This document shows positions 27,091-39,200 of a stretch of 64,000 nucleotides of DNA, in pieces; within the stretch, counting starts at the first letter, position 1; each line of letters opens with the position of its first letter. Origin of the DNA: an uncultured Chloroflexia bacterium (GTDB lineage: Bacteria > Chloroflexota > Limnocylindria > Limnocylindrales > CSP1-4). The position numbers and the translations under genes are program-made. The stretch is from assembly GCA_963833225.1 (NCBI GenBank), contig CAWHXD010000006.1:256001-320000 (forward strand), written 5' to 3'. The notes below the pieces were generated by a model, which saw nothing but the letters and a program-made list of their open reading frames with translations, made no database searches and was not told where the DNA came from.

Positions 27091-28025
27091 TCAACCGGTT
27101 GCTCCGGCGGGCGCTGCTGTGGGCTGCGCGCAACCCGTGGCTCGGCGAACGCCTGCCGAGCCTCCCGTTCATGCGCCGGGCCGTCCACCGCTTCATGCCC
27201 GGCGAGGAGATCGCGGACGCGCTTGCCGCCGCCGGCGACCTGCAGCAGCGGGGCATCGGCACCCTCTACACCAAGCTGGGCGAGGCGATCACGGAGCCGT
27301 CCGGCGCCCAGGCCGTCGCCGACCACTACGTCGAGCTCCTCGCCCGGATCAGCGACGCGGGGATCGACGGCGAGATCAGCGTGAAGCCCACCCAGCTGGG
27401 CCTCGATATCGACGAGGACCTGTGCCTCGGCCACCTGCGCGCGCTGGCCGCGGCCGCCGAGGCCCGGGGCTCATTCCTGTGGATCGACATGGAGGACAGC
27501 GGCTACGTCGACCGGACGCTCGATCTCTACCAGCGGCTCCGGGCATCGCATGCGAACACCGGGATCTGCCTCCAGGCATACCTCCGGCGGACGGCGAAGG
27601 ACGTCGAGCGGCTGCTGCCCATCGCCCCGGCCGTGCGCCTCGTCAAGGGCGCCTATGAGGAGCCGAGGGCGATCGCGTTCAAGTCCCGCAGGGAGATCGA
27701 CGCCAACTTCCTGGGGCTGTCGGTCACCATGCTCCGCGAACGCCGCAACCGGCCCGGCATGCGCGTCGGGCTGGGCACGCACGACGTGGAGCTGATCGAG
27801 CAGATCGCCGCCCATGCGTCGGCCGCCGGGATCTCGAAGGGCGACTTCGAGGTCCAGATGCTGTTCGGGATCCGGGCCCGGGAGCAGCACCGGCTCGCCG
27901 GCTCCGGGTACCGGGTCCAGACGCTGATCGCCTATGGGGCCGCGTGGTACCGCTGGTACATGCGCCGGCTCGCCGAGCGGCCCGCGAACGTCCTGTTCGC
28001 GATGCGCCAGCTGCTGCCCTGGTAG
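27087..28025 (+). CDS. Monofunctional proline dehydrogenase
   Basis: ISVKPTQLG, IDMEDS, LQAYL, RLVKGAY, GTHD, QMLFGI and YMRRLAERPAN. Confidence 0.92.
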   Translation: MINRLLRRALLWAARNPWLGERLPSLPFMRRAVHRFMPGEEIADALAAAGDLQQRGIGTLYTKLGEAITEPSGAQAVADHYVELLARISDAGIDGEISVKPTQLGLDIDEDLCLGHLRALAAAAEARGSFLWIDMEDSGYVDRTLDLYQRLRASHANTGICLQAYLRRTAKDVERLLPIAPAVRLVKGAYEEPRAIAFKSRREIDANFLGLSVTMLRERRNRPGMRVGLGTHDVELIEQIAAHASAAGISKGDFEVQMLFGIRAREQHRLAGSGYRVQTLIAYGAAWYRWYMRRLAERPANVLFAMRQLLPW

Positions 28026-28603
28026 GTGTCCACCCGGATCGAGGGTCTCGAGCCGCTGGCGCCGGACGTCGTCCTCGCCTGGCGTGGGATCGACGACGGG
28101 GCCTTCATCTCCGTCCGGCGCGAGGTGCGTCGGCGGTCTGGGGCCGGCTCATCGGAGCGTCTCGCGGCGCAGCTGGCCGCGGTCGCCGGGGCCTTGGGCG
28201 CGCTCATCGAAGCGCTGCCGGCACCGGCCTTTGCGTTGCCCGGCGGCGAGGAGGATTGGAACGTGGCCCAGGCCGTCGGCCACACGGCCGACTCGCGGGC
28301 CGGGCTCGCGATGGCAGGCGCGCTCGCTGCCACGAGTCGCTGGCCGTCCGACGCGCCCGAGGTGGCCCCGGGCATCCCGGGCCCGCGGGTGCCACCCGTG
28401 ACCAGCTGCTGCGCAGGATCGCGGCCAGCCAGCGGGTTGTGGCCCGGGCCGCGCGGTCGATCGCCGGTCACGAGCTGGATCCGTGTCCGCTGGTCCACCC
28501 GCTGGTGGGGCGCCTCCGCTGCGGCGAGTGGCTCCTGTTCGCCGGCGTCCACGACCTGATGCACCTCGACCAGTTGGAGCGACTGGAGGCGACCCTGCGA
28601 TGA
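28026..28603 (+). CDS. DinB-like metal-binding four-helix protein (frameshift near 28385)
   Basis: WNVAQAVGH; continues in another frame as HPLVGRLRCGEWLLFAGVHDLMHLDQL. Confidence 0.75.
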
Positions 28604-29139
28604 GCCTGCGCCCCGACCTCATCGAGTGCTGGGTGTTCCGGGTCGCGCCGCCGGCCTCACCCGAGGATCGCCGTAGCGATGCGGAGCGCCTCGAGATCCT
28701 CCTCATCCGGCGGGCCGCCCATCGCATCTTTCCCGGCCTGTGGCAGTGCGTCACCGGCGGCGTGGAACCGGGCGAGGCGGTGCCCGCGGCGGCGATGCGC
28801 GAGGTGCTCGAGGAGACGGGCCTCGGCCCGGCCGAGATCGAGGCGTTCTACGACCTGGACCAGGTCGCCCCGTTCTACGACGAGGGTGCCGACGCGGTGG
28901 TCGTGTCGGCGATCTTCGCGGCGCGCATCCGCCCCGCCGCGGAGGCCAGGGCGTCATGGGAGCACGATGGCCTGCGCTGGGTTCCGGCCACCGACGCACC
29001 CCGCCTCGCCATCTGGCCGTCGTACGTGGAGTCGGTGCGGCGCGTGCGGGAGCAGCTCCTGGACCCCGTCTTCGAGCCGTGGTTCCGGCTGGACGAGCAG
29101 GGCGGGCGGATCGCGCGCCGGCCGATCGTCGATCAGTAG
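28600..29139 (+). CDS. Nudix hydrolase (NudB-like)
   Basis: WQCVTGGVEPGEAVPAAAMREVLEETG Nudix box; EHDGLRW. Confidence 0.9.
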   Translation: MSLRPDLIECWVFRVAPPASPEDRRSDAERLEILLIRRAAHRIFPGLWQCVTGGVEPGEAVPAAAMREVLEETGLGPAEIEAFYDLDQVAPFYDEGADAVVVSAIFAARIRPAAEARASWEHDGLRWVPATDAPRLAIWPSYVESVRRVREQLLDPVFEPWFRLDEQGGRIARRPIVDQ

Positions 29140-29975
29140 CGCTCGGGCACGAACGTCTGCTCTTCCATCGGCGGGCGGACGTAGCCCCGGTCTGGCTCGC
29201 GCGGTGGCAGGACGATGGGCTCCGGCGTCAGGTCCTCGTACGGGATGAGCGACAGCAGGTGGCCGATCACGTTGAGGCGGGCTCGCCGCTTGTCGTCCCC
29301 CTGCACCACGTGCCACGGCGCCTGCTTGATGTCCGTATGGCGAAACATCTCGTCCTTGGCGACGGAGTAGTCGACCCAGCGGGTCCGGCTCATGAGGTCC
29401 ATCGGCGACAGCTTCCAGCGCTTCGTCGGGTTCTCGATCCGGGCCTGGAACCGGCGCTCCTGCTCCGCGTCGCTGACGCTGAACCAGTACTTCACGAGGA
29501 TGATCCCCGACCGCACGAGCATCCGCTCGAACTCCGGGCACGATCGGTAGAACTCCTCGACCTCGGCGGGCGTCGCGAAGCCCATGACCCGTTCGACACC
29601 GGCCCGGTTGTACCAGCTGCGATCGAGCAGCACCATCTCGCCGGCCGCGGGGAGGTGGGCGGCATACCGCTGGAAGTACCACTGCGTTCGCTCGCGCTCC
29701 GTCGGGGCGGGCAGCGCCACCACCCGGGCGATGCGCGGATTGAGGCCGAGGGTGATGGTCTTGATCGCGCCACCCTTCCCGGCGGCGTCGCGACCCTCGA
29801 AGATGACCACGACCTTGAGCCCGCGAGCGCGTACCCACTCCTGGAGCTTCGACAGCTCGATCTGCAGCTTCGCCAGCTCCGCCAGGTACACCTTGTTGCT
29901 GAGCTTGCCGGGCGTGGCCACGGACTTGCCAGTACCAGCGCTGTCGCCGGCGAGCTTGCCCTTGTCCTTGCTCAT
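29133..29975 (-). CDS. ppk2: Polyphosphate kinase 2
   Basis: FEGRDAAGKGG, DRSWYNRAGVERVMGF, WKLSPMD. Confidence 0.95.
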   Translation of the reverse strand: MSKDKGKLAGDSAGTGKSVATPGKLSNKVYLAELAKLQIELSKLQEWVRARGLKVVVIFEGRDAAGKGGAIKTITLGLNPRIARVVALPAPTERERTQWYFQRYAAHLPAAGEMVLLDRSWYNRAGVERVMGFATPAEVEEFYRSCPEFERMLVRSGIILVKYWFSVSDAEQERRFQARIENPTKRWKLSPMDLMSRTRWVDYSVAKDEMFRHTDIKQAPWHVVQGDDKRRARLNVIGHLLSLIPYEDLTPEPIVLPPREPDRGYVRPPMEEQTFVPERY

Positions 29976-30114
29976 GCTGGGCACCTCGCTCCTTGGCGTC
30001 GTGTGCGAGACCGATCCTCACCCGGCGCGCATGACCAGTATGGCCCTGTCGTCCACGCGGGTAGACTGTCCGGCACCACCCGGAGGAACGACGATTGCGC
30101 GAGAGGACGACGGC

Positions 30115-31281
30115 ATGACCGAGACGCTGGCGAACCGGCGGGTCTTCCGCTCCAAGGTGGACTCGATCCGCCCGACGTACGGCTTCGAGGACGTCTCGCT
30201 CGCGCCCGGCACGGACACGGTGGATCCGGCCGACGTCGTCCTGGCACAGGAGTTCTGCGGCCTGTCCCTCGAGATCCCCGTGCTCGCCGCCGCGATGGAC
30301 GCCGTCGCCGACGTTCGCCTCTCCGGCGAGCTCGGCCGGCTGGGCGGGATCTCGTTCCTCAACCTCGAGGGCGTCCAGTTCCGCTATGAGGATCCGACCG
30401 AGGTCCTCGACCGGATCATCGCTGCCCCCGACGACCGGGTCCAGGACGTCCTCGCCGAGGCGTACCGGGCGCCTATCCGGGAAGGGCTGATCGCGCGCCG
30501 CATCACGGAGCTGCACGCCGCAGGGTCGATGGTCGCGTTCTCGGCAACCCCGGGCGTGGCCCGGACGTACGGTGGTGCCTGCGCGGACCATGGAGCGGAC
30601 CTGTTCCTCGTCCAGTCACAGGTCTCGTCCGCCCGACACCTCGCGACCGGCTATGAGCCGCTGGCGCTGGAGGAGTTCACGCGGTCCATGCCGATCCCCG
30701 TTGCCGTTGGCAACACGACCAACGCCGAGGCCGCATTCCTGCTTATGGAGCAGGGCGCGGCCGCGATCTTCGTGGGTGTCGGACCGGGCGCCGCCTGCAC
30801 GACGCGGGAGGTGCTGGGCATCGGGATCCCGCAGGTCACCGCGATCGCCGACGTCACGGCGGCTCGGGATGCGTACCTCGCTGAGACGGGGCGGTACGTG
30901 CCGGTCGTCGCGGACGGCGGGATGAAGCGCGGCGGCGACATCGCCAAGGCGATCGCCGCGGGCGCGGACGTGGTGATGCTGGGGTCGCCCCTGGCGCGCG
31001 CCGCTGAGGCCCCCGGCCGCGGGACCAACTGGGGCATGGCGGCGCCGTCGCCCGTCCTGCCGCGCGGGACGCGGATCAAGGTCGGGACGGTCGGGACGCT
31101 GGACCAGATCCTCAACGGGCCGTCGCACGTCACGGACGGCACCCAGAACCTGATGGGCGCGCTGCGCCAGTCGATGGCCGCCCTGGGCGCCCGGACCATC
31201 GCCGACATGCACGACGTGGAGATCGTCTACGCGCCCTCGGTTGTCACCGAGGGCAAGTCCTGGCAGCTGCGCGGGAAGTAG
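30115..31281 (+). CDS. GuaB3-type IMP dehydrogenase-related protein
   Basis: YGFEDVSLAPG, LNLEG, VGVGPGAACTTREVLGIG and ADGG motifs; no CBS pair. Confidence 0.88.
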   Translation: MTETLANRRVFRSKVDSIRPTYGFEDVSLAPGTDTVDPADVVLAQEFCGLSLEIPVLAAAMDAVADVRLSGELGRLGGISFLNLEGVQFRYEDPTEVLDRIIAAPDDRVQDVLAEAYRAPIREGLIARRITELHAAGSMVAFSATPGVARTYGGACADHGADLFLVQSQVSSARHLATGYEPLALEEFTRSMPIPVAVGNTTNAEAAFLLMEQGAAAIFVGVGPGAACTTREVLGIGIPQVTAIADVTAARDAYLAETGRYVPVVADGGMKRGGDIAKAIAAGADVVMLGSPLARAAEAPGRGTNWGMAAPSPVLPRGTRIKVGTVGTLDQILNGPSHVTDGTQNLMGALRQSMAALGARTIADMHDVEIVYAPSVVTEGKSWQLRGK

Positions 31282-31372
31282 CGCCGGCCTGATCCTGCCT
31301 CGCCCGCGGGTCGAGACGCCATCCCCCGGCGCCACATCGGAACGTGGCTGTGCGAGCGTACGGAGACGCCAG

Positions 31373-31560
31373 ATGAGTGACGGGAGCCGCATCGCGGGGA
31401 TCTTCATGGTGGCCGGGCCGCTGGTGGGGGCGATTTGCCTGATGAACCCGCAGTTCTGGCGGGTCTGGATCGTTGGACGCGAAGAGCACCTCGCCCTGGT
31501 CGCGACGCATCGCCGGAGCTGGACCATGGCGAACGTCGGGTTCGGGATTGCGGCATCGCG
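31373..31560 (+). pseudogene. N-terminal fragment of a membrane protein, abruptly joined to the hydrolase remnant
   Basis: MSDGSRIAGIFMVAGPLVGAICLMNPQFWRVW...SWTMANVGFGIAA after a GGAG SD; protein-like character is then lost. Confidence 0.35.
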
Positions 31561-33122
31561 TCCGCTGATGCTACACGTCGTACGACCCGGCGTCGATCCC
31601 CCGCGGGTTCGACATCGTGTTCATCGACCAGCGCGGCGTCGGTGACTCGCACCCCATCACCTGTCCGACCGCCAGGCGGTCTACTACGGCAGTCAGGCGG
31701 ATCCCGCCGATCCGGCGCAGGCGCAGGCGGCCAGTGACGCCGCGCGGACGTATGTGGAAGCTGCCTTGCCGAGGCGGGCGCAGACCCCGCCGACCTTCCC
31801 TTCTACTCGACTCGTCAGGCCGTCGAGGATCTCGAGGCGATCCGCGCGTACCTGGGCGTCGAGAAGCTCCAACTGTACGGCGAGAGCTACGGGACGCAGT
31901 ACGTCCAAGTGTACGCTGCTGACTAGCCGCATGGACTCCTCAATCTCGACGGGCTCGCTGGATATCGCGGCGTCGTTCACCCGGGCGCTGCACGTTGCGA
32001 GGCGGTGGTCGACGCCATGGCCGGAACGCCTCGGGCTGCCGCCCGGGACTCACCGGAGCCGGACCACCCCGGTGCTCGCGGGCCTCGGACCGGTGGCGGC
32101 GCGGCCGCACGTCGATGCCCAAGGGCGACGGAGATGGGCGCTCGTCGCGGGCGATCGTCGAGACGGCCGGGCGGGTTACAGTACGCGCCGTCGGATCGGT
32201 CCCGCCGCTGCGCTCATTGGCGCGGCGTCCGATGGCAGCTCGTCCGGTTGCCCGGGTCGCTCGCGCCGATCGGGGTTGACCCGAATACGCTCAAGGCCAT
32301 TCCGGACCCCACCTGGTCGGACGCCATGTACTACGCCGTCGAATGCCAGGACTACGTCTACCAGGGCGACAAGGCGACCGACGCCGAGCGCTGGCCGGCT
32401 TCCTCGCCGCTGCCGCGCCGCGGACGCGGAGTCCCGGTTCGGTACCTCTACACTCCGACATGCCGTGCCTGTACTGGCCCGATCGCCCGGCCAAGGACCT
32501 GCGCCCGGCCCCGATCGTGGGGGCGCCGTACACCACGATCGTGATGGTGGCCACAACCGACCCCATCACTCCCGTCGCGAATGCCATCCGGCTTGCGAAC
32601 CGGCTGCGGAACGGGCACGTGATCATCCAGGACGGCGGGCCGCACGTGATCTTCGGGTGGGGTCTCTCGTGCCCGGACAAGCGCGTGGCCCGCTACATGG
32701 TCAAGGGCGAGCGGCTTCCCGGAGTCCTTGTCTGCAAGGGATATGTGATCGACGACTACGTGCCCATCGCGAGGGATGCCGAAGCGGACTATGCGGATGG
32801 CTCGGACTTCATGGAGGTGCTGGTTGCGCAGATCCTGAACAGCGATGACTACGTGTACGAGCTGGATCAGGATCCGATCCGCGTCGGCTGCGACTTCGGC
32901 GGGGTGCTGGTCTACACCCCGAGCGCGCGAGGGACCACGCTGGAGCTCGACGGCTGCCAGATGACCGATGGCGTGCCCGTGACCGGGAGGGGCTCGATCA
33001 ACGACAGCTCGGGCACGGTCAAGCTGGGCGTCACGCTCCCCGGCGGTGAGCTGCGCACGGGGGGACGGAGCCGGCGAGGCGAGGGTCACGGGGTGTTCCG
33101 CGACAAACCGGTCGGGCCGTAG
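31560..33122 (+). pseudogene. TAP-like alpha/beta hydrolase, heavily frameshifted (decayed gene or low-quality sequence)
   Basis: Fragments in several frames: FDIVFIDQRGVGDS, STRQAVEDLEAIRAYLGVEKLQLYGESYGT, AMYYAVECQD, TDPITP and GGPHV. Confidence 0.7.
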
Positions 33123-33323
33123 GGGCCGCCTGGCTGGCACGCGCCGCCCACCGGATCCGAGGCTCCAGGCAAGGTCGGTACGCACGCACTCCGCCCGGTA
33201 GACTTCCCGAAACCGACACCATCGCGAGGGAGGGGCCATTGGCCGAGCCGGAGGAGCAGGAAGAACCGCTTCGGGGGCCGCCGCCCGGCGGGTGGATCGG
33301 TCACGGACCTGGGACGTGGATCG

Positions 33324-35054
33324 GTGCCGGACCCGCGCCGCGGCAAGACCGTCCATGGTGATGCCGCCAACGCCGGCCATCGCGTCCTCGCCCCAGATGA
33401 CGCCGAGGTCGAGGCCTACCTCGAGGTCGCGCTCGATGCCCCCGCGCCGGATCGCGCTCCGACCGATCCACCCGTCGCCGCGGTCGTGCCCGAGCCCGGG
33501 GTGGTGGCGGTCCTGGACTTCGGCTCGCAGTTCGCCCAGCTCATCGCAAGGCGGGTCCGCGAGCTCAACGTCTACTCGGAGCTGCTTCCCCACGACACCC
33601 CGCTCGCGGAGCTGGAGCGCCGCGGGGTTCGCGCGATCATCCTCTCGGGCGGCCCCAACTCCGTCTACGACGAGGGGGCACCGCGGCCCGATTCCTCCAT
33701 CTGGAGCGGCCGTCTCCCGGTGCTGGGGATCTGTTACGGCGCCCAGCTGATGGCGATCGAGCTCGGCGGCGACGTGCTGCCGGCGTCGAAGCGCGAATAC
33801 GGGCCGGCCACGGTCCAGATCACCCGCGACGATGGGTTGTTCGCCGGCATCGACCGCGACCAGCCGGTCTGGATGAGCCACGGCGACTCCATCACGCGGA
33901 TGCCGGAAGGATTCAGCGCCACGGCGCAGACGGAGTCCACGCCCTACGCGGGACTCGCGGCTCCCGAGCGGAACCTGTACGGGATCCAGTTCCACCCAGA
34001 GGTGGCGCACACGCCGCGCGGCAAGGAGATCCTTCGCAACTTCGTGACCGGGATCGCGCACATCGCGCCCGCCTGGACATCGGCCAACTTCATCGAGACC
34101 ACCGTCGTCGAGATCCGGGAGCGTGTGGCGCGGCGCGCACGCGAGACCGGCACCGACGGCAAGGTGATCTGTGCGCTCTCGGGCGGCGTGGACTCGGCGG
34201 TGGCCGCGGCGCTGGTCCATCGGGCCGTCGGCGACCGGCTGACCTGCATCTACGTGGACCACGGCCTGATGCGCAAGAAGGAATCCGAGCTGCTGCGAGT
34301 GACGTTCGAGGCCAACCTCGGCATGAACCTGGTGATGGTTGACGCGCGCGAGCGGTTCCTTGCCCGCCTCGCCGGCGTGACGGACCCGGAGCAGAAGCGC
34401 CGGATCATCGGCGACGAGTTCATCCGCGTGTTCGAGGAGGAGGCGGCCCGGATCGGGCAGATCGACTTCCTCACCCAGGGGACGCTCTACCCGGACGTGA
34501 TCGAGTCGACCACCCCGGAGACCAAGACCGCCCAGAAGATCAAGACCCACCACAACGTGGGGGGGCTGCCCGCGGATCTTCGCTTCCAGCTGATCGAGCC
34601 GCTGCGCTACCTGTTCAAGGATGAGGTCAGACTCGTTGGAGCCGCGCTCGGCCTGCCCGAGGCGATGGTCCAGCGGCAGCCGTTCCCGGGACCCGGCCTG
34701 GCGATCAGGATCCTCGGCGAGGTCACGGCCGAGCGCCTCGACACGCTCCGCGATGCGGACTGGATCGTGATCGACGAGATCAAGGCCGCGGGGCTGTACC
34801 GGAGCGTCTGGCAGTCGTTCGCGATCCTGACGCCAGTCCGCTCGGTCGGCGTCATGGGCGATGGGCGCACGTACGCGAACGTGGTCGCGATCCGGGCGGT
34901 CACCTCGGAGGACGGGATGACCGCGGACTGGGCGAAGCTGCCGTACGACGTGCTGGGCAAGATCTCGTCCCGCATCGTCAACGAGGTCCCGGGAGTCAAC
35001 CGCGTCGTCTACGACATCAGCAGCAAGCCGCCCGCGACCATCGAATGGGAGTAG
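33324..35054 (+). CDS. guaA: GMP synthase (glutamine-hydrolysing), with N-terminal extension; start uncertain
   Basis: [47 protein letters not shown] and KPPATIEWE. Confidence 0.97.
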   Translation: MPDPRRGKTVHGDAANAGHRVLAPDDAEVEAYLEVALDAPAPDRAPTDPPVAAVVPEPGVVAVLDFGSQFAQLIARRVRELNVYSELLPHDTPLAELERRGVRAIILSGGPNSVYDEGAPRPDSSIWSGRLPVLGICYGAQLMAIELGGDVLPASKREYGPATVQITRDDGLFAGIDRDQPVWMSHGDSITRMPEGFSATAQTESTPYAGLAAPERNLYGIQFHPEVAHTPRGKEILRNFVTGIAHIAPAWTSANFIETTVVEIRERVARRARETGTDGKVICALSGGVDSAVAAALVHRAVGDRLTCIYVDHGLMRKKESELLRVTFEANLGMNLVMVDARERFLARLAGVTDPEQKRRIIGDEFIRVFEEEAARIGQIDFLTQGTLYPDVIESTTPETKTAQKIKTHHNVGGLPADLRFQLIEPLRYLFKDEVRLVGAALGLPEAMVQRQPFPGPGLAIRILGEVTAERLDTLRDADWIVIDEIKAAGLYRSVWQSFAILTPVRSVGVMGDGRTYANVVAIRAVTSEDGMTADWAKLPYDVLGKISSRIVNEVPGVNRVVYDISSKPPATIEWE

Positions 35055-35112
35055 GGGTCCATAGCCCAATCGGGGGAGTTGGCAACCCGGGTCAGGGGTC
35101 CACAATGTGCAC

Positions 35113-35673
35113 ATGGCCGATCCGATGAGCGGTCCCAGCACCCGGTGCCCGTGGTGCTCGGCCGAGCTGCCCGACGCGGGTGTCCCGCAATGCCCCTCGT
35201 GTGGCGCGATGCTGATCTCCGCGCCGGATTCCCCGGGTGACATCAAGGGCGTGACCACCCTGGACACGGAGGCGATCCTCCGGGCCCGCTCCGAGCTGTC
35301 GCGGCCCCGCAGCAGCCGGTTGCTCTCGTTCATCACCGGAGAACCCGCCCAGGCGAACGCCAAGATCGATCCCCAGTCGCTGGCTCGCCCGGACGTCGCC
35401 GTTCGACGCGAGATGCTCCGGCTCCAGATCGAGGCTGAGAAGGCGGACCTCGAGGCGGAATCCATCGCGCTCAAGGCCGACGAGCTTGCCCGCCGGGGGA
35501 TCGACCTCGCCGCGCTCGGCGCTCCTCCCCCGGCAACCGGGAACGACGCAGCCCCGGAGGGTGAGGCCGCGCTTGATCCCCAGGTGGCCACGGAAGGCGA
35601 CGCGGCCGACGCGGGCGAGTGGCCGCCGGAGCTCGATCCGGCCGCTCCGCCGGAGCCCCCGTCCCAGGGCTGA
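35113..35673 (+). CDS. Hypothetical protein with N-terminal zinc ribbon and coiled coil
   Basis: CPWC...CPSCG; EMLRLQIEAEKADLEAE; acidic Pro-rich tail. Confidence 0.7.
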   Translation: MADPMSGPSTRCPWCSAELPDAGVPQCPSCGAMLISAPDSPGDIKGVTTLDTEAILRARSELSRPRSSRLLSFITGEPAQANAKIDPQSLARPDVAVRREMLRLQIEAEKADLEAESIALKADELARRGIDLAALGAPPPATGNDAAPEGEAALDPQVATEGDAADAGEWPPELDPAAPPEPPSQG

Positions 35674-35759
35674 CGCCCGCCCCACGCCTTCCCGTCGCAC
35701 CCCCGCCACCGGCGCCCCACGCCCGGCGTCGCCCGATGGGCCCGGTATGCTCCGTGGCG

Positions 35760-36218
35760 ATGCCCGAACGACTCTCGCACCCCGGCCCCTCCTTCATCAG
35801 GGAGCAGGAGGTCCGCGTCGGGGATCGCCGGCTCAGCGCCGGGATGACCAGGCCCGTCGACGGACCCGACGACTGGTGGCTGGCCGTCCTGTGGGTTGTC
35901 GATGACGAGGGCGTCGTCAGCTTCCGCGAGGTGGGTCCCACCGCCGGCCCTCCACCCGAGCCGCCGCTGGCCCACCTCGGACCGTCGTTCGCCGGGTCGT
36001 TGTCCGGGCTGATCCGCGAGGAGGACGGCCGCCTGGCGATCCGCCTGGTTCCGCTTGCCCCGCCCGAGGACGACTCACGGCCGTGGCGCTGCCCGCTGGC
36101 GATCCGGGCGGCGTTTCGCTGGGAGCCGGCGCTTGCCCAGACGATGCGCCCCAACCAGCTGGCCGAGCGCGTGCTGACCGGTTTCGGCCGGGCGGTGGAG
36201 GGTCTCCAGCACCGCTGA
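35760..36218 (+). CDS. Hypothetical protein
   Basis: TATGCT 8 nt before ATG 35760; globular composition (DWWLAVLWVVDDEGVVSF). Confidence 0.65.
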   Translation: MPERLSHPGPSFIREQEVRVGDRRLSAGMTRPVDGPDDWWLAVLWVVDDEGVVSFREVGPTAGPPPEPPLAHLGPSFAGSLSGLIREEDGRLAIRLVPLAPPEDDSRPWRCPLAIRAAFRWEPALAQTMRPNQLAERVLTGFGRAVEGLQHR

Positions 36219-36291
36219 TGGGACGGTCGTCCCCGTCGTGCGCGACGTCCAGCCCGCGCCAGTTGCTCCAGTCTCCCCTAGACTCGTCGCG

Positions 36292-39200
36292 ATGGGTGAC
36301 CTGTTCGACGAGTTCATGCGGGATCTGGAGCGCCGCCGCGCCGAGGCTGAGGGCGGCTCCCCTCCCCACGATCCGGATGCCGACGGCGACGCCACGGACG
36401 GCACCGCGGCCGACGACGGCATCGAGGCACACGGTGATTCCACGCCCGAGGCGGACGACGCCAACGACGAGCCCGCCCACGACGAGCCCACGCCGATCCG
36501 ACGCCGGCGGTCAGGCAGCCGCGAGCGATCAGCCGGCGCCACTCCGAGACACGCCGCCGGATCAGGCGCCCCGCCGCGTCGGCCCGCCAGGAAGCCGGCC
36601 GGCGGCCCTAACGATGGCGGTGACCTGACGCTGGGCGGGATCCTGCGCCGAGTTGGCATCGGCGCGATCCTGGTCGTGGTCGCGCTGGTCGTGTTCCTGG
36701 CCGGCATCGGCATCGAGCTGTGGACCGACGCGATCTGGTACCAGAGCGTCGGCTTCGACTCGGTGTTCTGGACGCGGCTTGGTGTCCAGGTGGCACTGTT
36801 CGCCGCCGCCCTCGCGGTCTCGCTCGTGGTCCTCCTGTTCAACTTGTGGCTGGCCGGCCGGTTCGCGCCGCCACCCAACCCCGAACGACCCGGCCGCATG
36901 CGCGAGGTCGCCCAGCGCATCGGCGATGCCCAGCGGCAGGCCGAGCGAGCTGCCCGGATGGGAGCCGGTCCCACGGGTCGCGGACCCGCCGGCGGCTTTC
37001 CGGGCCGTGGCGCCGACGTCCCCGGCACGTTCGACATGGACGACATCCCCGACCTGGTGCCGATCGCGCGCTGGGCCATCGCCGTGGTCGCGGTGTTCAT
37101 CGCGCTCGGGATCGCCGGCAGCGTGTCGGGCGCCTGGACCACGCTCCTGCTGTGGATCAACCGCGTCCCATTCGATCCCAGCCAGACCGTGGCGGACCCG
37201 ATCTTCAATCGTGACGTCAGCTTCTTCCTGTTCGACCTGCCGACCTTCCGCTGGGCGCAGTCACTGTTCAACGGGCTGCTCCTGGCGTCGCTGCTCGTCG
37301 CCGGCGCCCGCTACCTCGCGCAGGCAACACAGGGCGGCGAGGTGTTCATCACCCGGGTCCGCGTTCACCTCGCGGTCCTTGGCGGCCTGTACCTGCTCTC
37401 GGTCGCCCTCGGCTACCAGCTCGACAAGTACGAGCTCGTGTACAGCACCGCGGGGTCGACGGTTGGCGTCGGCTTCACCGACTTCAATGCCCGGTTCCTG
37501 GCCTACGACGTTCTCACCTTCCTGTCCGGCATCGCCGGCGCGCTCCTGATCGCGGGCGCGTTCACGCGCTGGATGTGGCCGCTGGGCGCCATCGTGATCA
37601 TCTGGTTCAGCGCGAGCATCGTCCTCGGCCGCCTGTACCCCGAGGCGATCCAGCGCCTGACCGTGGATCCCAACGAGTTCGCCCAGGAGGAGCGGTTCAT
37701 CGCGAACAACATCGGGATGACCCGGCTCGCCTATGGTCTCGACAAGTGGGAGACAAAGTCGTATGCGGGGACGGCGCCCCTCACACGCGCGGCCGTCGAG
37801 GCCGAGGCCGACACCTTCACCAACGCCAGGTTGTGGGACTACCGGCCGCTGGGCACCACCCTCGACCAGCTCCAGACCGTGCGCCAGTACTACGACTTCG
37901 TTGACGTGGACACGGACCGCTACATCGTGGACGGGGACCTGCGCCAGGTCATGCTTTCCGGCCGCGAGCTCGCGATCGAGAAGAACCCGCAGGCGTCGAG
38001 CTGGGTCAACCAGCGGATCATCTATACCCACGGCATCGGCGTCGCCATGGTGCCGGTCAACGAGGTGACCCAGGAGGGCCAGCCAAGGCTCTGGATCCGG
38101 GACCTTCCGCCCGTGTCGTCGCCCGGTGTGCCCGAGATCACCCAGCCCCGGCTCTACTTCGGCGAGGCCGACGACCACTACGTCGTCACCGGTGCCCGCC
38201 AGCCGGAGTTCGACATCCCGGGCAACGGCACGACCGAGGATCTCACCTACTCCTGGACCGGCACGACGGGCATCAAGCTGGACTCCACCCTGACCCGGCT
38301 CCTGTTCTCGCTCCGCTTCCGGGACTTCGACCTGATGATCAGCGACCAGGTCACCGCCGACAGCCAGCTCCTGTTCCACCGAACGCTGCGCGACCGAGTG
38401 ACCCGGATCGCGCCATTCCTGCGGTTTGACAAGGACCCGTACCTCACCGTCGACCGAGGTCGCCTGGTCTACATCCAGGACGCGTACACGATCAGCGATT
38501 CCTTCCCGCAGTCCACGTGGTTCAACGCCGGCGACCTGGCGCCCGAATCGGGCCTGGCCGGCGAGTCGTTCAACTACGTGCGCAACAGCGTCAAGATCAC
38601 GATGGACGCCTACGACGGCACCATGACCTTCTACGTGGCCGACGAGGCCGATCCCCTGATCCGCGCCTGGCAGGGCGTGTTCCCGGACCTGTTCCATCCG
38701 CTGTCCGAGATGTCCTCGGACCTGCGTGACCACCTGCGCGTGCCCGAGGAGCTGTTCAACGTCCAGACGCGGATGTACGGGCAGTACCACGTCACCCAGC
38801 CGCTGACGTTCTTCAACAACACCGACCGCTGGACGGTCCCGCAGCCGCAGTCGAACACCCAGTCGCTGCCGCCCGAGGCGTACTACGTCGTGATGCGCAT
38901 GCCGGGTGAGCCCAAGGCCGAGTTCCTGCTCCTGCAGCCGATGATCGCCCAGAACCGCCCCAACATGATCGCGTGGGTGGCCGCCCGGAACGATCCGGCC
39001 AACTACGGGACGGTCCGCGCCTATCGCTTCCCGTCTGACACGACCATCTTCGGGCCCGCCCAGATCGAGTCCCGGATCGACGCCGACCCGGTGATCAGCT
39101 CCCAGGTGACGCTCTGGGACCAGGCCGGTTCGGACGTGATCCGGGGCAACCTGATCGTCGTGCCGGTCGGCGAGTCGCTGCTGTACCTGCAGCCGGTCTA

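Noticed and set aside
33125-33320. Purine riboswitch upstream of guaA
   Set aside because: No purine-aptamer consensus or U-rich terminator is recognisable.
32448-35975. 1175-aa minus-strand ORF, and similar long antisense ORFs (e.g. 37261-39669, 42789-45293, 45908-48151, 51905-53917)
   Set aside because: Shadows of well-supported + strand genes in high-GC DNA; no motifs, and composition is typical of antisense frames.
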